In this document: piece by piece, positions 35,363-48,430 of the stretch
Layout: each line of letters begins with the position of its first letter
How positions within the stretch are numbered: the first letter of the stretch is position 1
Assembly: GCA_965287045.1 (NCBI GenBank)
Contig: OZ336881.1
Span: 43,462,001 to 43,526,000, forward strand
Reading direction: 5' to 3'
Source: Carcharhinus amblyrhynchos
Taxonomy: Eukaryota
DNA length: 64,000 bases
Notes under the pieces: generated by a model
Seen by the model: only the letters and a program-made list of their open reading frames with translations
Told to the model about the DNA's origin: nothing
The model's database searches: none
Made by a program: the position numbers and the translations under genes

Positions 35363-36544
35363 TAAAACTTGAAGGTAACAGTCTTAACTTTCTTGCTGCT
35401 TGATTACTCTTCCTTGGATGGAAAGATTGTGCGACATGTAACATCTTGCTATGGTTTTCAAAACCTTGGCAGCACTATGCAGCAGGAAGTGCTGATATAT
35501 ATACTGTTAGCAGGATTTTCAACAAGGTGGCAATTAGACTCAGGAAAGCAATGTCACAGTGCAAAAGGTAAAACTTTAATTAAAAACCAATGGTCAATGG
35601 AAGAAGTTATCTCGATGGCCATAGATACAGAATACCCAGACCTCTTAGACAAGTTCTGAAATTATCAGTAAAAACAGAAAGATTGTACATTTTTTTAATC
35701 AGATTCCCCGCCCTTCATTAGTTTAAAATTAATTTCATTTAGTATACACACATCAATACAAGTCTCTGTCAAGTACCTCAGCCAACTGCATTGTACTTTC
35801 CAGCATGATGGTATTTTATTTGTGCATAAAACCCAGACGTTAACTCCCTTCTTGGCTAAAGCTACTTCCCTGTTGTCTGGTTATGGTAGATGCTACTGTC
35901 GGGGTCAAAGTTAAAGTTCCACTGGCTCACAGCCAAGCTGAATAGACATGTGTTTTTGCCTCCAGGAGCATGTTTATTCTGTGTCTGGGCTGTGACTGAA
36001 CCTATTCATTAAGTTGCAAAATGTGTTCCCTCATAAGAATCTTCCAGATATGAGTTTTGCTATGGACTTGCAGGCCTTTGGCTCTAAACTTTTGCCTTGC
36101 ATTGGCCAAAGTTAACAATCACAGTCAAGTACTTGAAATACATTTAGAATATCAGCTGAGATGTCTTAACATCATAGTTACTTGTTTAATTCTCTCACTG
36201 TATTTACATGTGTGTAAGTTATCATTTAACTCTTTACTGTTAGTTCTGGCAGTGTGTGTATACTATATAAAAGCTAAGAAAAGATGGAAAATAATTGCTC
36301 TTGTATACAGAAAAGGTATTTTGTACCTTATCATGGCAATGGAATATTCACTGAACTTGAATAATGAGTACTGTTTCCCTTTCTCAGCAATAACTTCCCT
36401 ATGTTTAGGTAACAACAGAAGAGATCCAAAAAAAAACAGAAGAGAAATGAGCAGTTAGTTGTTGCAAGGATAATGACAGCTGTAGTTCTTCATTAGTGTG
36501 TTTCTGTGAAAGGCTTTTTATTGAATTGATCTCAAGATGATAAT

Positions 36545-37500
36545 GATGTGGATAGAATATAGGATACACGATTAGTAAGTTTGCAGATGACACTAAGATT
36601 GGTGGCATAGTGGACAGTGAGGAAGGCTATCTCCAATTGCAACGGGATCTTGATTAATTGGGCCAGTGGACTGATGAATGGCAGATGAAGTTTAATTTAG
36701 ACAAATGCGAGATAATACATTTTGGTAGATTGAACCAAGGCACGACTTACTCAGTTAATGGTAGGGCATTGGGGAGAGTTACGGAACAAAGACATCTAGG
36801 GATACATGATCATAGCTCCTTGAAAGTTGAGTCACAAGTGGACAGAGTGGTGAAGAAGGCATTCGGCTTGCTTGGTTTCCTCGGTCAAAACATTGAATAC
36901 AGGAGTTGGAATGTCTTGTTGAGGTTTTACAAGACATTGGTAAGGTCATACTTGGAATATTGTGTGTAATTCTGGTCACCGTATTACAGAAAGGATATTA
37001 TTAAACTAGGAAAGGTGCAGAAAAAATTTACTAGGATGCTACCAGAACTTGATGGATTGAGCTATAAGGAGAGGTTGGATAGACTGGAACTTTTTTCTCT
37101 GGAACGTAGGAGGCTGAGGGGTGATCTTATAGAGGTCTATAAAATAATGAGGGGCACAGGTCAGCTAGATAGTCAATATCTTTTCCCAAAGATAGGGGAG
37201 TCTAAAACTAGTGGGCATAACTTTAAGGTGAGAGGGGAGAGATACAAAAGCGTCCAGAGGGGCAAATTTTTCACACCGAAGGTGGTGAGTATCTGGAACA
37301 AGCTACTGGAAGTAGTAGTAGAGAAGGTACAATTTTGTCTTTTAAAAAGCATTTAGATTGTTACATGGATGCGATGGATACAGAGGGATATGGGCCAAAT
37401 GCGGAGAATTGGGATTAGCTTAGGGATTTAAAACAAAAGGGCGCATGGGCATGTTAGGCCGAAGGGTCTGCTCCATGCTGTAAACCTCTATGACTCTATG
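36545..37500 (+). mobile_element. CR1 3' portion
   Basis: KFADDTK, WQMKFNLDKC, RRLRGDLIEVYKI; tail ctatgactctatg. Confidence 0.9.
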
Positions 37501-37639
37501 TCTATCTCCAGAAGCAGACGCCTCATGGCACAGTCATATGACTATTGCAAGCCAGTTAGGAAATAGAGCATTGCATTACCAAAACCCAAACATTGATGAG
37601 TCATTGTTTTGTTAAGTTGTAAGTTTTATTAGCTAATAG

Positions 37640-38115
37640 GTAGAGGAATGGACAGAGTGAATAAAAAGAAATTGTTCCCATCGGTGGAAGGATTGAGAAC
37701 CAGAGGAAACATATTTAGAGTAATTGGCAAAAGAAGCAATGGTGAATGAGAAAAATCTTTTTCACACTGCGAGTGGTTAGAACCTGGAATGCACTGCCTG
37801 AGAGTGTGATGGGGGCAGAATCAATTGTGGCCTTCCAAAGGAAATGGGATCATTCTTTGAAAAGGAAAACATTGCAGAGTTACAGGGAGAGGGCAGGGTA
37901 GTGGAATTGGGTGAATTTCTCCTTCAGTGAGTCGGCACAGATAAAAAGGAGTGAACTTTTCCGTTTTGGCCGTCACGGGAATTGTAGCAGCCAACGGGTG
38001 GACCATGGAAAGTTCTGTTGACCTCGGGAGGGATTTTCTGGTTTCGGGGCAAGCGTGGCTGGAAAATTGCACCCAATGGATCAAATGACCTCCCTCTGCT
38101 GTAACTGTTCTATGA
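37640..38115 (+). mobile_element. CR1 3' end with nested MITE (37948-38074)
   Basis: FFTLRVVRTWNALP peptide; MITE TIRs ggagtgaacttttcc / ggaaaattgcaccc. Confidence 0.75.
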
Positions 38116-38979
38116 TTATTTGTATCACAGAAAATTACTGCCAGTCATGCCAGTTCTGGTCCTTTGAGAGAGCAGTTATGTTAATCACACACTCCAGCTT
38201 TCCATCTGTAACCGAGTAATTTTCTCATCCTCAATTACTTGTCCAGCTCCCTTTTAAAATTATTGATGGAATCAGCTTGCATACCTTTTGAGGTAGAACA
38301 TTCCAGATCCCGACAATTGGTTGAGTGAGTACAATCCTCTTCATCTCTCCTCTATAACATTTCCCAGTGAATTTAAATCCATGACTTCTGGTTATTGGTT
38401 CACCCACCGGAGGAATAGATTTTCTTTATGTGCTCTATTGGAACTTTTCATCATCTTAAATTTGAATTTCCATCAGAGTTTTGGTTCACCCCTGAGCTTT
38501 ATTTCGTTTGTGCGTGATCATGTTTCTCAAGCAGGTCATTAGCCAACTTCTCTGCATATCCTTGGCTCTCTACCAGTTACCTCTCCAGTCTGTCTGTCTC
38601 TTCAAGTAACGGTGGAATGACACATCAGTGTAAAATTAAGGTAATGTGACTGCCAACAGTATGGTACATTTCCCTACTTTATTCAGCTCTTGTGGTGCAC
38701 AATCATGTGTGAATGAACAGAATGCAAGTCTTTCCTATACATGCAGGCTATATATGTTATTGTTAGACTCATAGTTAGCCATGTCAGTGCCATTAATTAG
38801 AACACTATAGTTTTGGGAAACCTTTCCTTGGATTAAAGTGCTGTGTCTCCTGTTTTTCAGAAAAATTATGGTTTTCTTTTGGAGTGAACATGATCCCTGT
38901 CATTTGTTACATGCACTGAAGAATAACAGATTTAAAAAATGATCCTGATGATAAAGTTGAGTGCCTGATTGGCAAATGA

Positions 38980-39255
38980 ACAAATATACAAGTTAGGAGC
39001 AGGAGTAGGGATTCAGACCCACGAGCCTGCTCTACCATTTGGTAAGGTCATGGTTGACCTTACTGTGTCCTGAACTCCATTTTTTGGTCTCTCCCTGCAG
39101 CCTTTGACTTCCCTATGAATCAAAAATCTCTTTAATTCAGCTTTAAAAATATTCACTGACCCAACTTCCATTGTTCTCTGGGGAAGAGAATTCCACACGT
39201 TAATGATCCTCTTGAGGGAAAACATTTCTCCTCGTCTCTGTCTTAATTGGGAGAC
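38980..39255 (-). mobile_element. CR1 3' end
   Basis: RIINVWNSLPQR peptide and ggagcaggagtagg tail. Confidence 0.8.
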
Positions 39256-39260
39256 ACCTT

Positions 39261-39456
39261 GGGCAAGATTGTTTGGCCTCCCAGCCACGTGTTTCCCGGT
39301 AGAGGGGGGGCAGGTTGTTTGCTAATGGTGGGATTCTCTGTCTATGGGAATTCGCATTGATGTCACCCCACATTGGTGGGAAACCCAATGGTGGGGGTGC
39401 ACTGTTGATGGGACAGGAGAGTCCTGCTAGCACGAATGGATGGAGAATTTTGGGCC
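39261..39456. mobile_element. MITE of about 195 bp
   Basis: Ends gggcaagatt / gaattttgggcc. Confidence 0.55.
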
Positions 39457-40512
39457 TTATTTTTCAATTGTAGCCCCAATTTCTAGGGCCTGGAAATTTG
39501 ACATGCTTATTAGCATTCAATCCAGCCCCTTCTTCCACAGGAGAAATTTATCAGTGGGATACCATTTTTCAGAGCTTTATTTTACATATCCTACTTTACA
39601 CTATGATGTTCAGAAGTTCCCATGATTGGAAGAGGGAACAGAAGAGCCTGATGGGATGCATGAGATTCAGAGCCTTACATAGGAAGGTGTAAGAGAACAC
39701 TGGGATGGTTGGAAGTGCAGAGCGTGGCATAGAGGGCATGAGGTTGACCGTTTGAACTTTCTAAGGGACCATGAACATGAGTCTTCAAAAACCTGGCCCA
39801 ACTCCATCAAGGTTGCAGAGGAATATCTCTGTAATGAGTTGGATGGATCAGCAGTGCTGGATGTGGATGTGGAGTAGCCGCACCTTTTAAAGTCACTCCC
39901 AAAAATCGCACTGCCTGTTAATGGGGTCTGGAATCCTGGAATCGGGACCCATCTGTCATCTTTAAATGAGCCTTGAGTCAAACCAACTGGATGAAAATCC
40001 AAGTCTTACTAACTGTTTTTATATTTTAAGCTTTCTCTCATATTTTAATTTCTCCCTCCTTTTTGTCATACTTTGTTGTTCTTAAAAATGTTGTCGAATT
40101 TTCTGTTCTATTACTAATCTTGGCAATACTACACATTCTCTCGTTCAATTTGATACCGTCTTTAACCTCCTTAGTTAGCCACACAGATGGTGCATCTTTC
40201 TTCGGGTGTCTTTCTTTCTCACTGGACTGTACCTTTACTGATAGTAGGAACATTCTGCGAACATCCATATGCAAGGGCAATGCTGCTACAGGAGGGGAAA
40301 TGATTTCAAAGTCAGTCATTAGGAGACATTCATTCAACAAGGAATCCCTAGTGAAGTAGGACTCACCTGACACTTTCAGGCCTGCGCGCTCAGCTGTGCC
40401 GACAAGAACAGCAAGGTGCCAAATCACTTTGATGAGGGACTAATTTGCATGAGAGGACTTTAAATCAGGGGCCTCATTAAACTTCTCACACCCTCCCAGC
40501 AAAACTTCAAGT

Positions 40513-40803
40513 TAAGTTTATTTATTGGTCCAAATAAGCTTACTTTAACACTGCAATGAAGTTACTGTGAAAATCCCCAAGTTGCCACACTCTGGTACCT
40601 GTTCAGGTACACTGAAAGAGAATTTAGCACCTAACCAGCACGTCTTTCAGACTGTGGGAGGAAACCGGAGCATTTGGAGGAAACTCATGCAGACATGGGG
40701 AGAACGTGCAAACTCTGCATAGACAGTGATCCAAGCTGGGAATCAAACCTGGGTCCCTGGTGCTGTGAGGCAGCAGTACTAAGTGCTGTGCCACCATGCT
40801 GCC
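40513..40803 (-). mobile_element. V-SINE, short-tail subfamily
   Basis: Homologous to 30203-30500. Confidence 0.9.
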
Positions 40804-42449
40804 CTGTGCCACCTTAAAGAATATATCCTTGAATTTGGCACTTTGTGAACTGTGTTTTCCAGATTTTTCCCCAGTTCAGCTGTCTGTTGGCAAAATGGGT
40901 GTTCTGATGGGCCAGACTCCATCGCAGGGAACCCCTGCCTGTAGCTATGGATGTCACCAAAACATTGAATGGATAAGGTACTCCCAATGAGTAAATAAAA
41001 TCCCAAGTTTTATCCTTTGTGTGTTTGGCTCTTCAATATTTGGCTGCTGGGGAGTTTGAAAATCGAACAACAATCCTTTGGCCTTTTTGATATATTTTGT
41101 GAAAGAAATTATGAATTTGTTTTAATGTTTGTTGTAGAATTGCTGTGCATTTCCCCTTCATCACCCTAAGTTGGAGCAGACAAGATGATTCCTAATATCA
41201 GCAATAAAAAATAACAAGCTGCAGTTAATTGAAAGAACCATCTGAAATCTTGGTCTTCAGTTGTTGGACTCCTCTGCCTGACATATATTTCGACCTGTCA
41301 GTAGCAATACCAATTTATTTTATGATTGCTAGTTGGATTATGCCTTCCATCCTCTTTGTATATGAAACTTACCACATGATAGACAATTGTCACCTTCCTC
41401 TCTCAGTTCATAGTATCTTCCTCAGTCAGTAATGCATCCCCCTCGGATCCTCTGACATAGATGCAGGAACACCAGGGCTATCGGTGGGAAGGCGATGCAG
41501 AAAAAGATGCCATTGCCTTGAGATGCAGCTAAAAATAGTAAAATTCCCATTTTGACAGAAGAATGCTGTGCTTAATTGGGGTTCTAACTGGTGCCTTCTT
41601 TAATGTTGCTTCAGACAGATGGTTCAAGAAAAGAGTATGCATAATCCGCCACCATTACTTAGTGGCAGGCCAAGCTTACACTTTTTGACAATTGATGTTG
41701 GCCTAACCTTTTGTGCAATAATGAGATCAGCAACATACTGCTACTTTCTGATGTTACTTTCTAACCAGCGTGTCGAATTACTCCAAATTTTGCTGGCTTT
41801 TAATTAGATCGCAATGCCAAAGGGCAGCTTGTGTTGTTCACTACTTTTTTTAGGCAGACCCGTAAATGGATGAGAATCTTTGCACTGGGCTGTCTTTGGC
41901 TATTCTTAAATTAAATCAGCCTGCTCTGTTCATTCTCAGTAACGTTTTATTGAGCCAATTTAAAAGGATCAGCCCTTACCGAACATACATGCTAGTGGCT
42001 GCAGGATGCAAATGGATTAAATTCACTGAAGCACGCTGAAAGGGCAAACACTTAAATGGCAAAACTTAAACTTCTCAATCCATGTTTTATAATCCAAATG
42101 ATTTACTGTAGGTTAACATGTGCAGCCAGCCAGCTAGTTACGCAATCCTGCTCATTCTGAATTTAACTTTATACCAGATTGGCTTTTGAAAGTTACAAAT
42201 TTTACCAGCCTTTTCACATGACCCTTCTCTTACATTAATTAATCGCACCATCACCAGGTTACTCTACATCATTATTTTTCACTCTGAGAGGCAGTGGCTG
42301 GCAAACCAGCATAAATGCAGGGGATTCTGAATCACTGTCAATTATAGTGTGGCTGGAGTAAGGCTAATAAGATTCTCACTGTTTTGAGCAAGGTTAGCAA
42401 CAGTTCCATGCACCAGACATTGGGAAATATAGAATGACATAATTAATTA

Positions 42450-43003
42450 TGCAAGACCTCAGCGAGGCTCCTCAGACAGCACCCTCCAAACCCATGACCT
42501 TAAATTAAATCAGCCAGCTCTGTTCATTCTCCGTGAGATTTTATTGAGCTGATTTGCCTTTACCAAACATACGTGCTAGTGGCTGTAGGATGCAAAAGGA
42601 TTAAATTTAGTGAGGCATGTTGAAAGGGCAAACACTTAAATGGCAAAACTTAAACTTCTCAATCCACGTTTTATAATCCAAATGATTTACTGTACGTTAA
42701 CGTGTGCAAACGTCTACCATCTAGAAGGTCAAGGGCAGCAGATACGTGGGGACGTCACCATGGATGGGAAGTTCCCCTCCAAGCCACTCACCATCCTGAC
42801 TTAGAAATAATTTGCTATTCATTCACTGTCAGTGGGTCAAAATCCTGGAACACCCTCTTTAACGGCATAGTGGGTGTACCTACACCACATGGACAGCAGC
42901 GGTTCAAAAAGGCAGCTCACCACCACCTTCTCAAGGGCAATTAGGAATGGGCAATGAATGACAGCCTAGCCAGTGGTGCCCACATCCCTTGAATTAATAA
43001 AAA
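42450..43003 (+). mobile_element. L2/Crack-type LINE 3' end interrupted by a local duplication
   Basis: SGSKSWNTL..RFKKAAHHHLLKGN peptide and ggaatgggcaatgaatg tail; homologous to 46215-46650. Confidence 0.8.
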
Positions 43004-43274
43004 GACAGCTACTGTTATATATTTAAAGCAGCTTTAAGAGCTGATTTCATGATTTGAAGGTGATGTTATTCAGATGTGTGCTAAGGCTGCTACTTTATTT
43101 TCAGTTTTGTACTTGATGCAGAGAGAGAGCAGCTCTTCAATAAAACCTGTTGTGTGTTTGTTTGAATCCATATGTTGAAACCACATGCTTCTCTTTCTGT
43201 TAAAACCTGTAACATATTTAAGACATTATAGCTATTCTGTAATCCCCCCTTTCTTTTGTCATATTCAAGGGTTG

Positions 43275-43545
43275 CAACGCCAGGGATCTGGGTTCGATTC
43301 TGGCATTGGTCACTGTCTGTGTGGAGTTTGCACATTCTCCTCGTGTCTGTGTGGGTTTTCTCCGGGTGCTCTGGTTTCCTCCCACAGTCCAAAGATGTGT
43401 GGGTTAGGTTGATTGGCCATGCTAAATTGACCTGAGGGTTGGGGGTTTAGCAGGGTAAATGCATGGGGTTACAGGAATAAGGCCTGGGTGGGATTGTGGT
43501 TGATGCAGACTCGATAGTATGGCCTCCTTCTGTACTATAGGGTCT
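43275..43545 (+). mobile_element. HE1-type V-SINE
   Basis: B-box ggttcgattc, V-domain and tail. Confidence 0.9.
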
Positions 43546-43683
43546 CTGTGAAATAAACATGCCATTCCAAAGATAGATGTTTCCAGGAACATCTGGACTG
43601 TTATGTCTATTGGTCTTTAAGGTCAGTAAAAACCACTAAACTTCACAATGGTGTTTCTCATACTCCTGTAGGTCTTTTGAGGA

Positions 43684-44488
43684 TAAGAACATAAGAACAT
43701 AAGAAATAGGAGCAGGAGTAGGCCATCTAGCCCTTCGAGCCTGCCCCGCCATTCAATAAGATCATGGCTGATCTGTCGTGGCTCAGTTCCACATTCCCGC
43801 CCTCTCTCCATAACCCTTAATCCCCTCGCTTATCAAAAACCCATCAACCCGCGTCTTAAAAATATTTAGCGAGGCAGCCTCCACCACTTCAACGGGCAGA
43901 GAATTCCAGAGATTCACCACCCTTTGAGTGAAGAAGTTCCTCCTCAACTCCGTTCTAAACTGCCCCCCCTTTATCTTGAGGCTGTGCCCCCTAGTCCTAC
44001 TGTCCTTTCTGAGCGGGAAGAGTCTCTCCACCTCTATCCTATCCATCCCATTCATCATCTTATACGTCTCAATGAGATCTCCCCTCATTCTTCTAAACTC
44101 TAACGAGTACAAGCCTAGTTTATTCAGCCTCTCCTCATAGCTCAACCCCCTCAACTCCGGTATCAGCCTAGTAAACCTCCTCTGCACTCCCTCCAAGGCC
44201 AAAATATCCTTGCGTAAGTACGGCGACCAAAACTGCACACAGTACTCCAGCTGCAGCCTCACCAATGCCCTATACAGCTGCAGCAAGACTTCCCTACTTT
44301 TATATTCAATCCCCCTCGCTATGAAGGCCAGCATCCCATTCGCCTTCCTGACCACCTGCTGCACCTGCAGGCTGGGTTTTTGCGACTCATGCACAAGGAC
44401 CTCGAGGTCCCTCTGCACCATCGCATGCTGCAGTTTTTCACCACGTAAGTAACAGTCCTTCCTACCATTATTCCTACCAAAGTGGACT
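43684..44488 (-). mobile_element. Young 5'-truncated CR1
   Basis: ORF 43783-44421 is near-identical to 34539-35273; intact tail. Confidence 0.97.
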
Positions 44489-45678
44489 ATTTACATAACA
44501 AGGGCAATCAATGGGGTGATTAGTATTAACTTTTGCTGGTTTATTGAATTGTGTATTTTAACTTGCTAACTTTGCACTTACCTGAAAATCAAACTCAAAC
44601 ATACAAAGTTGTACCTGTCTTGGAAACCCTAATGAATCTGGGGTGAACGAACGAACACGAGCGACCTCACATGTACTGCCAGGCACCTGATTGCGTCATG
44701 TAGAGTGATGGGTTGCGCAAACGGTTGATACATACTGAAATGGAAGGAACTCAAAAACTAAACCAAGGATTATAGTGCAACCTATCTGCACTTTCTAAAT
44801 GTGTTCTCATCAGGAGGAAATGCATTATACGTGGAAGAAGCAGACCCTGAGGGTATTGGATCACAGGACACGAAAAAATACCAGCCTTGGTAGTGAATCT
44901 GCTGAAGGTCAAGAATCCATCATCCTTTCCTTAAATAACAAAAATGGAAATCAAAGAACAATAAAACAGGAAATCAATACCAATAGCTTCTGCAGGATTA
45001 GAGTTAAACCTTGCTGAGGGATTACTGTTAAACCCTGCTGGCTTTTAAATGGCAATTCTGTATATTCTGTCAGTGTGAAAAAACCTGGGAGCTACTTTCT
45101 TCCAGTGCAGTGACCTTTGTAGTGATTTGCCTCCAGGCACACTATTAATGAAATAGGGAGGAACCGTTATCATTTTTCTATGACTGATATAAATTTACTT
45201 TGCTGGAGTGCCTATTCAGAGATTTGTGTAATCCCTTGTAAACTTTTGAAGGCTACAAAATTATTTTATTTATACAAATTTGTGAGCTACATTATTCCCA
45301 TTTTATTACTGCAAACAATTTGCCATTGCTTCTCCTAAGGGAACAGAGGAATCATAAGACTGTTGATTTTATTACCTCATAAACATGTTCAGTTATTTGG
45401 CCTAAGTGTGGACAATGTGTGGTGATAAGTTTCACAGTGTGAATAATATTACGTTTACTAAACCAGTTTAAAGTGCTGTAATTCAGTCATTCCACTATGA
45501 TGACAGATACTGAAGATAATGCAATTGAGATGTGTAAGTTAAAATGATATTAAGATTTATCAGCAAGGAGAAATATTGTAAGTAATGAGTATTCAATAAA
45601 TCATAGGTAGATGACAGTTTTTTTGAGTTATAGTTACTGAACAGAATAGACAGACTCTTGTCTATTTAGCACATCACA

Positions 45679-45807
45679 TCAGATGACTTACCTGATGAAG
45701 GAACAGTGCTCCGAAAGCTCGTGTAACCAAATAAACCTCTTGGACTTTAATCTGGTGTTGTGAGACTTCTTACTGTGTCCACAGTCCAACAGTGGCATTT
45801 CCATATC
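45679..45807 (+). mobile_element. Miniature Penelope-type element (hammerhead plus tail) with 13 bp TSD
   Basis: TSD ttagcacatcaca at 45666-45678 and 45808-45820; body homologous to 28604-28734. Confidence 0.88.
45688..45724 (+). ncRNA. Minimal type I hammerhead ribozyme motif
   Basis: UUAC-CUGAUGA-A-GGAAC(AGU)GCUCC-GAAA-GC-UC-GUG; one mismatch in stem II. Confidence 0.65.
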
Positions 45808-46214
45808 TTAGCACATCACAGTGCTAGACTATTTGAAAGAAGTCTACAATTTACATCAGTGTAAACAAATCCCAAAAAATGAAAGGTATAATTCAGGCAG
45901 ATGTGGGACTTACATTTCATCCTATACCAATCTTTGAAAAAGGATTGCCTTTATACATTTGCTGTTGCAAGATTGTAAACCGGTTTTTAAAAAAGCTTAT
46001 TTCGGAATTTGTTACATCTGTCTCATAGACGGCATTTTTCCACAATTTATTTTTAACAAGCTACTATTTAAACTGTTTTGTTCTGATAGATAGGCCCAAA
46101 ATATGCACGCTATCAAATGTTTCACGTTAGTACTGCTACCCTATAATAATCATTCTTAGCGCTTGGTCACATTCTCATTGTTCATGAGAAGGCTAAGTCC
46201 CTTGAACTAGTCAT

Positions 46215-46650
46215 TATTGTGCTCAACACCATTCAGGACAAACAGCCCACCTGATTTGCGCCCCACCCACCACCTTCCTCCACTGATGCACAGTGCCTAG
46301 AGTGAGTGCCATTTACAAGATGCATCGAAGCAACTCACCAAGGCTCCTTTGACACCACCTTTCAAACCCAAATCTCTATCATTTAGAAGTACAAGGGCAG
46401 CAGGAGCTTGGGAACACCTCCATCTGCAAGGGCCCTACCAAGCCACAGACCATACTGACTTGGAACTATATTGCTGTTCCTTTACTGTCGCTGAGTCAAA
46501 ATCCTGGAACTTCCTAACTAATTGCATTGTGGGTGTACATCACATGGACTGCAGTGATTCAAGAAGGCATCTCACATTCATCTTCTCAAGGGCAACTAGG
46601 GGTGGACAATAAATGCTGGCCTAGCCAGTGATACCCAGATCCCCGTGATA
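46215..46650 (+). mobile_element. L2/Crack-type LINE 3' end
   Basis: aaggctcctttgacaccacc..tcaaaatcctggaac..ggacaataaatgctggcctagccag. Confidence 0.8.
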
Positions 46651-48159
46651 GAGTACATTTTTTAAATGGTCAAATATATTAGGAACTATTCTGAAACATT
46701 TTGGAACAGTTTCAGTTGCAGTGATGAAATCAGTTGGGATGCTTTTCAAACGATCAAGGACAAAATAAAGTTCTCTAACTATTGGCAGCTATCCTGTGTA
46801 ACTGCAGTAGATGCAGATCTTAAAATAATAAAAACAATATTGTTCTGAATTTTACAGTCAACATGAAGAAAGGTGGTTCACCGCTCACTATGTTTTCACC
46901 AGCATAGGAACAGAAGCGTTTTATTGTTAATTATATAAATTAAGTTAACTTCGTACAGGTGGAGGGCTATGATTAGATGATTAATTGAGTACATAGAAAA
47001 AGATACTTACTGACATGAGGCATGGGAGTAGAGTTTGGAGCTATTCACTGGTAATGTTTCAATCTGTGGATAAATCTAAAACTGAGTAAAGATTGGCTTC
47101 TGGTTTCCCACTTCATCAACTGGCTGTCAGGAGTTGAATAGTTATTACATCTAAACCAACCCAAAACACCCTCTCAGGGAATCTGTGCCACATATGATCA
47201 GGGCCAGCAACTGCAAGGGCCTTCAACAAATTAATGAATTTGTGTGCGCTCAGACCCTTGTCTGCGGATGCTTCATCCTGAGTGGTTTCCTTGGCAGTTT
47301 TTTTTTCAAAGCGGTTTCCCATTGCCTTCTGCTCTCAGGGGAAGGGTGATGAGGCAGGTATCGTCTACCTCAGTTGCAGCGGGAATTCAACCTTTGCTGT
47401 TGGTATTCAAAACCTCACATTCTCCCACTAGCCAATTGGCCCCCTCTTTAACAAATAACATTGAAGAGTCCTCACTGGGACCTGTAGGGATGAAATTCAC
47501 TCACATGGTACTATTTTAGTGATGCTACATAGACTGATGTCAGTTTCTTGGGGGCAGGCAGCACCACAAGCTGCACAAATCATTCTCCACGGAAGAACAC
47601 AGAGTGGGCCAGTGCTCACACAGCTCACCACCACCTTCTGAGAGGCAACTAGGAATGGGCAATAAATGCTTGCTCCAGAAAATCAATGTAAATTTGCGAC
47701 GCCACTAAAAGCAACACTACATGAATAAATTTCATCCCCCAGCAGCTAAACTAGGACAGTGTAAATTGACTTTATATCATGTACAGAATTTGAAATGAAG
47801 AGAGAGAACAAAAGATGGAATTAGAGAGAGATAAAAGGGGCACACGAAAAAGAAAACAAAAGCATAATCATTGTAATCTCCAATGTGAATTAAATTTTGA
47901 AGGAATAACACTCCACATACGTGAAATTAAATGGAGGGCTCTGTGTTTGGACTGTTAGTCCCAAAACAATACATGGATTGAGATTACTACCAGCTTAACA
48001 CAGCAATCCTGGCTGCACCATGGAGAAGCAGCAACAACAAATTCCTTGTTCACCTCACTCTCTTGCATTTACTTAACTCATTAAAGTGGCTAGGCCTCTT
48101 CAATTGATTCAGTATCCAATGAAGTGCTGTTTGTGAGCAGACAAGTAACTCAGGTTATA

Positions 48160-48430
48160 ACAACCACCATCATCTAGGAGGACAAAAGCAGCAGATGACT
48201 GGGAACACCATCATCTGGAGGTCACCCTCCAAGTCACTCACCATCCTGAACTGGAAAAGATATCACCATTCCTTTCCTGTTGCTGTGTTAAAATCCCGGG
48301 ACTCCCTCCCTAATAGCACTGTAGTTGTACCTACATCTCAGGGACTGCAATTGCTCACCACACTTCTGAAAGGCATCTAGGATTAGGCAATAAATGCTGG
48401 CACACCAACGATACCCACATTCTGTAAAAT
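48160..48430 (+). mobile_element. L2/Crack-type LINE 3' end
   Basis: Homologous to 42710-43000. Confidence 0.75.

Noticed and set aside
44799-45017. 72 aa plus-strand ORF after a cag acceptor
   Set aside because: No recognisable protein similarity and no convincing donor.
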